In this document: in pieces, positions 58,845 through 64,000 of the stretch
How the letters are laid out: every line of letters starts with the position of its first letter
How positions within the stretch are numbered: position 1 is the first letter of the stretch
Position numbers and translations under genes: made by a program
IMG/VR virus record: IMGVR_UViG_3300045988_108162
Coordinates: 12,467-76,466 of that record
Strand: one strand, 5' to 3'
DNA: 64,000 nucleotides
DNA from: a virus
Notes under the pieces: model-generated
The model's input: only the letters and a program-made list of their open reading frames with translations
Told to the model about the DNA's origin: nothing
The model's database searches: none

Positions 58845-59224
58845 TTTACTATCCTTTCTACGTGTTTAATTAATACTACTGCTATTCCCTTACCGGTTTT
58901 TATCGCACATTCCGATCCTTTTATCCATTCTACACACCCTACATACTTTTCCGTAGCATGAAATCCGGGATTGTATTTTCCAGATGTACTGAACTCTACC
59001 GTATCCCCTACCTTCAGATCATCAAAAGCGACAGACCATGTGGTCCAAATTCTATCATGTCTCCCAGGCTGAATGGCCCCAATTACGCCCTTCTTACGAC
59101 CGTTTTTTATTGCCCTTAGTATTATCTTCCTATCACCTTCGATAAGGCTGCAAAAGCGCCCGTAAAAGGTCAAATCAACCTGTTTTCCTCCTATTTCTTC
59201 TCTTATTTTTGTTATTCTGTTCAT
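58841..59224 (-). CDS. Hypothetical protein
   Basis: 127-aa ORF. Confidence 0.5.
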   Translation of the reverse strand: MNRITKIREEIGGKQVDLTFYGRFCSLIEGDRKIILRAIKNGRKKGVIGAIQPGRHDRIWTTWSVAFDDLKVGDTVEFSTSGKYNPGFHATEKYVGCVEWIKGSECAIKTGKGIAVVLIKHVERIVK

Positions 59225-59468
59225 TTTCTGATTTTGTTTTATTTTTTTCTTTGTTTTTTCTATCTTCTATAGAAGATGATAATAACATTATCTTTTCTAT
59301 GTTACTTTTTGACTGTAAAAAAGAATCGCATTTCATTACTACTACCACCTTCTTAAGTTCCCCATTATCATACAGCGATACACGCATCATGTTTTGCACC
59401 TCGTCCACTATCAGACCTGGAGTAGTCTTAGCCATTTTGCGTAGCTTATTATACTCCGGTCTTTTCAT
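59175..59468 (-). CDS. Hypothetical basic-tailed protein
   Basis: 97-aa ORF. Confidence 0.4.
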   Translation of the reverse strand: MKRPEYNKLRKMAKTTPGLIVDEVQNMMRVSLYDNGELKKVVVVMKCDSFLQSKSNIEKIMLLSSSIEDRKNKEKNKTKSENEQNNKNKRRNRRKTG

Positions 59469-59733
59469 TTCCTCTGTTTATTACTCTATAGTATTTATCC
59501 TTATCCCCTTCTTTCAACTTCTCCAGATAGAAAATTCCATCATGTAAATGAGACAAACAAAACCTGTATCCGTATTTCTGTACTCTTCTTACATGATCCC
59601 GCAGTCTTATCTCTTCATTTTTGTCTTGTACTTTGATTTTAATACTGTCTCCTTCTTTGATTGTGTATAAAATAGTTTGAATCTCTTCTTTTTTCATCTT
59701 ATAAAATATTTTAACGGCAGCACCTATACTCAC
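59449..59733 (-). CDS. Hypothetical protein
   Basis: 94-aa ORF. Confidence 0.45.
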   Translation of the reverse strand: MSIGAAVKIFYKMKKEEIQTILYTIKEGDSIKIKVQDKNEEIRLRDHVRRVQKYGYRFCLSHLHDGIFYLEKLKEGDKDKYYRVINRGNEKTGV

Positions 59734-59760
59734 GCACCACTACTGCCTTATGTTTAACAA

Positions 59761-60570
59761 TTAAATACTTAACTCTTCAATGGTCAAGCCTTTTTCTTTT
59801 GCCCATTTTAACATTGAGCATAATTCTGTTTCTGATTTATATTTCGGATCACGCCACGCCCATCCGAATTTATCCAGGACATGATGATATAATTCGTCGG
59901 CCTTTGCCGTGTAAATGTCTTTGAATAAATGCTCCGAACCTTCTGGTATAAGCATCTCTGTTGTTGCAAAATCAGAATACGACAAACATCCGTAAGCGTA
60001 TTCTGTTATTTTACTCCACGCTTCTCCGGCTTTAAATCCAAATTCTTTTACAAAAGCCAAAGTTAGATACATATTTAATAATATTGTTACATCATATCCC
60101 GAATCTGACTTTCTTTCTATTATTTCCTCTTCAAATTCCTTTAAATCTTCAGGCCCAAAAAAGATGTATCCTGGTACCGACCGGTAATTAGCCTCCGCAT
60201 ACTTCTTGCATTTATCATCATTGACAATCTTACCAATGTTAAATAACATCTTTTGCCTCCATTCATCACAAAACTCTACCTCTACGTTCATCCAATCGGT
60301 ACCATAATTGTATTCTTTTGGATGTCCGACCGATGTTACCTTTATGTTATTTACGCCATATCCGTAAAGGTATTCACTTACCTCATTCGCCCATTCCTGT
60401 ACAAAAGGAATAAACTTATTGCAATAAGAATCAAAATCAAAATCCGATTCTTCCTCATATTCCGGCATCTCTTCATAATCTTGTTCAAAGAAATAGCGAG
60501 GATCCGCTATTGTTTCATAGAAACTTACGTTAATGAAACAAAACTCGTTGGTTGTCGTTTTTAATATCAC
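59761..60570 (-). CDS. Hypothetical protein
   Basis: 269-aa ORF. Confidence 0.55.
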   Translation of the reverse strand: MILKTTTNEFCFINVSFYETIADPRYFFEQDYEEMPEYEEESDFDFDSYCNKFIPFVQEWANEVSEYLYGYGVNNIKVTSVGHPKEYNYGTDWMNVEVEFCDEWRQKMLFNIGKIVNDDKCKKYAEANYRSVPGYIFFGPEDLKEFEEEIIERKSDSGYDVTILLNMYLTLAFVKEFGFKAGEAWSKITEYAYGCLSYSDFATTEMLIPEGSEHLFKDIYTAKADELYHHVLDKFGWAWRDPKYKSETELCSMLKWAKEKGLTIEELSI

Positions 60571-60821
60571 AGCTTTTTGTATTTACGTACATTTTTCGTG
60601 CCATAGAATCTACACATGGCACGAATCTGACTATAAAATACTTTTGTCCTCCTGGCCTCAAAGTATTTAAACATTTCTTCATTCTTTGTTTCCCACACGT
60701 AATCCGTTTGGGAACTCATGTGATTTTTGTCCTTGCGTGAATAATGGTAATATGATACCACAACACGTTTCGCACCATTCTTTATAGGTACGATATTCAC
60801 ATCTATGTTATTATCTGTCAT
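60567..60821 (-). CDS. Hypothetical protein
   Basis: 84-aa ORF. Confidence 0.45.
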   Translation of the reverse strand: MTDNNIDVNIVPIKNGAKRVVVSYYHYSRKDKNHMSSQTDYVWETKNEEMFKYFEARRTKVFYSQIRAMCRFYGTKNVRKYKKL

Positions 60822-60940
60822 CTTATTATTGTTTTATGCATTATATAAATACAAAGAGCGCATACCTTCACAGGCCGGCGCTCCTTTCAATAAAAATGAA
60901 AAAACTAACATTACATAAACATATTGTTTTTTAATCTTTA

Positions 60941-61174
60941 TTACAATACTTTTGTTCCGCAATTATTATATCTTCCGTACTCTTTTTTCGTATCATTCAA
61001 GATTTCAAAAACCATCTTCTTGTGATCTTCGTTTGGTAACCTATCCTTAACAGCCGATATTACGCCCGCTATAGACGTAAAGCCTGAATCTGTTATTGAA
61101 CACAGCAACACACCTCTGTCGGCTCCGGTGCTTATTGCTGACGCCTTTATAATATCATTCTTGTATATTCTCAT
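60941..61174 (-). CDS. Hypothetical protein
   Basis: 77-aa ORF. Confidence 0.4.
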   Translation of the reverse strand: MRIYKNDIIKASAISTGADRGVLLCSITDSGFTSIAGVISAVKDRLPNEDHKKMVFEILNDTKKEYGRYNNCGTKVL

Positions 61175-61352
61175 AATCTTTCGTTTTATTATCTACAAAC
61201 TTATCTATATCGTCTCTTATTCTTTTTAGCACTCCGGCTATAATTGTCGGCATTTCTCCTCCGGTACGGTTCAGAGTTTCTATCACCCCGTCAATCTTAC
61301 CCATTTGACGCCATAAGAAATTGGCGTCTTTCGCATTAAATTCCCCCATCAT
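61155..61352 (-). CDS. Hypothetical protein
   Basis: 65-aa ORF. Confidence 0.4.
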   Translation of the reverse strand: MMGEFNAKDANFLWRQMGKIDGVIETLNRTGGEMPTIIAGVLKRIRDDIDKFVDNKTKDYENIQE

Positions 61353-61584
61353 GTCTTATTTTACAGTAAACAACTTGCTTTTTTAAGCACCAGTCTTGCG
61401 ATTCTGAGAGTGAACACCGTCCTGTGTTGTTAAAAAATATACAATCTTTGCAGAACATAACAGGCTCTTCGTCGTCACTAACTACTTTGACCTCATACTC
61501 TATGCCATACAATTTTAATCTAAATACATCCCCTGCTTCTTTAGAAGACAAATCCATGTTCGGACCGAATGTTATTACTTCCAT
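61336..61584 (-). CDS. Hypothetical Cys-containing protein
   Basis: 82-aa ORF. Confidence 0.45.
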   Translation of the reverse strand: MEVITFGPNMDLSSKEAGDVFRLKLYGIEYEVKVVSDDEEPVMFCKDCIFFNNTGRCSLSESQDWCLKKQVVYCKIRHDGGI

Positions 61585-61604
61585 ATAATTATGTTTTATT
61601 GTTT

Positions 61605-61698
61605 GTGAGATGCCCAGAATCGAACCAGGACCGGCACATACGCACCGGCACGCCGCGTCATCCCTCTATGATACAGAAATAGGCATGTCTATCCTCAC
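61605..61698 (-). tRNA. tRNA-like element A (about 93 nt, type-II-like length); canonical T arm but a non-canonical acceptor stem
   Basis: In minus-strand sense the T arm reads CCUGG-UUCGAUU-CUGGG, followed by CAUCUCAC. The 5' partner GUGAG(G)AU pairs with it only if one G bulges. It sits in a 170-nt gap between minus-strand genes. Confidence 0.4.
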
Positions 61699-61757
61699 GA
61701 ACCGACATGCCAAAACCCAAAACTTAATTTGATGAATAAAATAGATTAACAAAAATA

Positions 61758-62072
61758 CTATTCTAATTCTTTTATAATATCTTTCACAATATTCAGCCTC
61801 ACCTCCTTCGTTTCTGGACTAAGACAACCAAACCACCCATAAAACGTTCTTGTTTCCTCTGGTTCTGTGGCCATACTTATCTTCTCCTCCAATTCCGGGA
61901 AATATATTCTCACCATTTCGTCTGAACTAAACTCATATATATTTTTATGTGTTTTGAAATACATAAACACTACATTTCTTAACGCAACACATATGTATTC
62001 CCCATCCTCTAACCTATCAATCATCTCATATACCTTTTTCCATATGAATAATCGCTCTTCTTTTGTAAACAT
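61758..62072 (-). CDS. Hypothetical protein
   Basis: 104-aa ORF. Confidence 0.5.
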   Translation of the reverse strand: MFTKEERLFIWKKVYEMIDRLEDGEYICVALRNVVFMYFKTHKNIYEFSSDEMVRIYFPELEEKISMATEPEETRTFYGWFGCLSPETKEVRLNIVKDIIKELE

Positions 62073-62086
62073 ATCCTTCTTTATTT

Positions 62087-62428
62087 TTATGGTATTATTT
62101 GACTGTATGCAGACTTTTCCATGTACACAACACTATGTTCCTGTCCAAGTATTTTCTTTGCTGCTTCTTTCTTTATCGCGCAATATCTCCCTGTACGATA
62201 CGGATTCTTTTGATCTGATCCATCCTCGACTTCGATAATAAAACAACCTCCGTCATCTATTATCTTTTTGCAATTGTCACATATTTCTCCCGTGCATATA
62301 TGATGCGGCGCCTGCCCTTTGATGTTATTCCCTAATAAAGCAATCCCCATCTCTTCGCCACATATCATGCAGACTTCTATAGACGGATTCAATCCGTGTT
62401 CTGGATGTAATGTAATACCATCTTTCAT
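62087..62428 (-). CDS. Zn-ribbon-like protein
   Basis: 113 aa, with CMICG...CDNC. Confidence 0.5.
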   Translation of the reverse strand: MKDGITLHPEHGLNPSIEVCMICGEEMGIALLGNNIKGQAPHHICTGEICDNCKKIIDDGGCFIIEVEDGSDQKNPYRTGRYCAIKKEAAKKILGQEHSVVYMEKSAYSQIIP

Positions 62429-62829
62429 TTTCTTTCCTCCTTCATTAATTCTATTATAAACTTTTTATCTTGTTCCCACAATGGCAGCCCTTCTTTTACT
62501 GTGTATGCCACTGTTTCCCTCTCTCCTATTAATCGCACGGCAATCTCTCTTGCTTTCAAGTCATCCTCCTCATGCGATTTATTTATTAAATCATAGGCAC
62601 ATGATTCCACCTTTTGCCTTTCGATTATTATCGAACCCATTAACTCGCTTATATACGATCCTAAAAACGATAAGACATTAATAGCTTTCCCAATATCATT
62701 TGAAATAGCACTTGCTAAATACATCTTATCCATATACTCCGGCAAAGCCTCGTATGCCGTTTCTATGTTTTTATACTGATTTTCGTTTACCTCCCTTTTA
62801 ATCAGTTCTTCAAATTCTTCTTTTAACAT
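62425..62829 (-). CDS. Hypothetical protein
   Basis: 134-aa ORF. Confidence 0.5.
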   Translation of the reverse strand: MLKEEFEELIKREVNENQYKNIETAYEALPEYMDKMYLASAISNDIGKAINVLSFLGSYISELMGSIIIERQKVESCAYDLINKSHEEDDLKAREIAVRLIGERETVAYTVKEGLPLWEQDKKFIIELMKEERK

Positions 62830-62852
62830 GTTCTTCCCTATTTTAATGTTGT

Positions 62853-62925
62853 GTGAGATCGCCGGAATCGAACCAGCCTACCGCACCATGAATCCCATAA
62901 AGCAAATGCTCCGATCTTCGCAGAC
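62853..62925 (-). tRNA. tRNA-like element B; same conserved 3' module as A (GGUUCGAUUCCGGC-GAUCUCAC), 5' half poorly defined
   Basis: T arm GCUGG-UUCGAUU-CCGGC pairs with one G-U wobble. The best 5' acceptor candidate, GAAGAUC, pairs at only 5 of 7 positions. It sits in a 225-nt intergenic gap. Confidence 0.3.
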
Positions 62926-63053
62926 GGGAGCATTCTGTCTAAAGCATAAGAAAATTAATGAAGAAATTTTTCTCACTTACGCCATAGCATCTAAAATAGC
63001 TATCAGCACTATTTCTATGACAAACATAATAGAAAATATCTTAAATGCCTTTT

Positions 63054-63380
63054 TCATATCGCTATCTCCTCCTTCTTCTTTATGTTTATAGTTCTTCTAT
63101 ATAGGACCTCTCCGGTCGTAATATTCTGTGCGCTTACACTAATACGAACACAGTCCTTTAACCAACTCGGTCTGTGTTTAAGCAATTCTTTAGCACTCGT
63201 TCTTAATATCATCTCTTTGGCATCTGATACCGGCATAGACCTGTTGCTTATTAGTCTACTACTTTTCGAACCTGTAGAAGATACCCAATTTATCCAAATA
63301 TAATGTATTGTTCTTTCCATCTTTTTTCTTTTTACGTTCCACAATAAACTGTCCTGGCTCTGCTCCGACCTACGTTCCAC
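63054..63380 (-). CDS. Hypothetical protein
   Basis: 108-aa ORF. Confidence 0.5.
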   Translation of the reverse strand: MERRSEQSQDSLLWNVKRKKMERTIHYIWINWVSSTGSKSSRLISNRSMPVSDAKEMILRTSAKELLKHRPSWLKDCVRISVSAQNITTGEVLYRRTINIKKKEEIAI

Positions 63381-63395
63381 CTACAACCGCAGGCC

Positions 63396-63674
63396 TTAGC
63401 CCAAGGCGCCGCCTACTCCCCCCTCTATGGCAGCCTGTTCGTACCTACAAAGCCAGTCTCCATCTACACAACTATCACTACGCGATAATAAACATTTATC
63501 CTTATAACAATCATAAAAAATACACCTATCACAACTGTAATCCTTAACGTCTACACAGCTAACTACCTTAGCATATACTATACCATCACTGCCTTCTATT
63601 CCTTTCACCCCAAAAATAGAACCTTCTACCTCCTTACTCAAATCTAAGTCAGGCGCAAAATCATATACGTTCAT
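63396..63674 (-). CDS. Hypothetical Cys-rich protein
   Basis: 92 aa. It is the first gene of the minus-strand module and has a GC-rich 3' end. Confidence 0.5.
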   Translation of the reverse strand: MNVYDFAPDLDLSKEVEGSIFGVKGIEGSDGIVYAKVVSCVDVKDYSCDRCIFYDCYKDKCLLSRSDSCVDGDWLCRYEQAAIEGGVGGALG

Positions 63675-63718
63675 GTTGTTTATATTTTAATTGTTAAACA
63701 TTTCACTTACTACCAGCC

Positions 63719-64000
63719 TATGGAATACTGTTTTAAAACGCTATCATACTTTATTTTGTTGGAAAACCTACAGAATACTGTCTTAAAACGCTGTAAGTCT
63801 TATTTAAAACGCTGTAAGTCTTAATTTTGTTGGAAAACCTACAGAATACTGTCTTAAAACGCTGTAAGTCTTAATTAAAACGCTGTAAGTCTTAATTTTG
63901 TTGGAAGACCTACAGAATACTGTTTTAAAACGCTGTAAGTCTTAATTAAAACGCTGTAAGTCTTAATTAAAACGCTGTAAGTCTTAATTTTGTTGGAAGA
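63719..64000. repeat. Nested tandem repeat array (truncated by the window end): units of about 71-92 bp made of a head, 2-3 copies of a 21-bp sub-repeat, and a tail
   Basis: The head is tacagaatactgtyttaaaacgctgtaagtcttaatt. The 21-bp sub-repeat is aaaacgctgtaagtcttaatt. The tail is ttgttggaaracc. There are at least 4 units, plus a degenerate first unit at 63719-63768. Each unit carries a TAATTTTG box. Confidence 0.9.

Noticed and set aside
61605-62925. The tRNA-like elements as attP cores for integration
   Set aside because: No integrase or recombinase is adjacent in the window, and both elements sit inside a compact operon. I kept this only as an alternative in the finding.
63719-64000. 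The repeat array as a CRISPR array
   Set aside because: The 21-bp units are contiguous and nested with no unique spacers of about 30 bp, and there are no cas genes. It is better explained as an iteron, operator or terminal repeat array.
1-64000. A diversity-generating retroelement behind the variable MRRR genes
   Set aside because: There is no reverse transcriptase ORF and no template/variable repeat pair with adenine-specific differences anywhere in the window.

Overview
This is a 64-kb stretch of an AT-rich dsDNA phage or prophage genome, probably from a Bacteroidota host. The host call is an inference from three things: low GC with short GC-rich islands, TAnnTTTG promoter boxes just upstream of the big genes, and an IS1595/ISXO2-like transposase. 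Positions 1-24.2 kb are a plus-strand virion/structural-like module. It holds two giant ORFs (more than 1522 aa, open at the window start, and 2148 aa). Each is followed by a pair of small genes that begin with the same leader ATGAGAAGRAGAT (MRRR[FY]). It also holds a Gly/Gln/Cys-rich membrane protein and an RGG-rich disordered protein. A perfect 17-bp-stem bidirectional terminator (24223-24268) separates this from a long minus-strand module (24.3-63.7 kb). That module carries an IS1595-family transposase and an SF2 DExH helicase. It also carries a Cas4/RecB-like PD-(D/E)XK nuclease, a second PD-(D/E)XK nuclease, a DnaB-like helicase, a primase-like Zn-ribbon/Toprim protein, a Dam-family N6-adenine methyltransferase, a minimal nucleotidyltransferase, an ABC/SMC-type ATPase, and a dATP/dGTP-pyrophosphohydrolase-like protein. 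It also contains a FloT-type flotillin with an upstream NfeD-like partner and an acyl-carrier-protein-like gene, two tRNA-like elements, and many small ORFs. The window ends in a tandem repeat array built from 21-bp sub-repeats that runs past the window edge. Things worth a second look include 47-bp and 28-bp direct repeats bounding the MRRR-family genes, and three genes whose frames break exactly at A/T homopolymers. There is also a (GTTT)5 tract at a gene junction and pseudoknot-capable tRNA-like elements. All family assignments rest on motifs I recognise from memory; no search was run.
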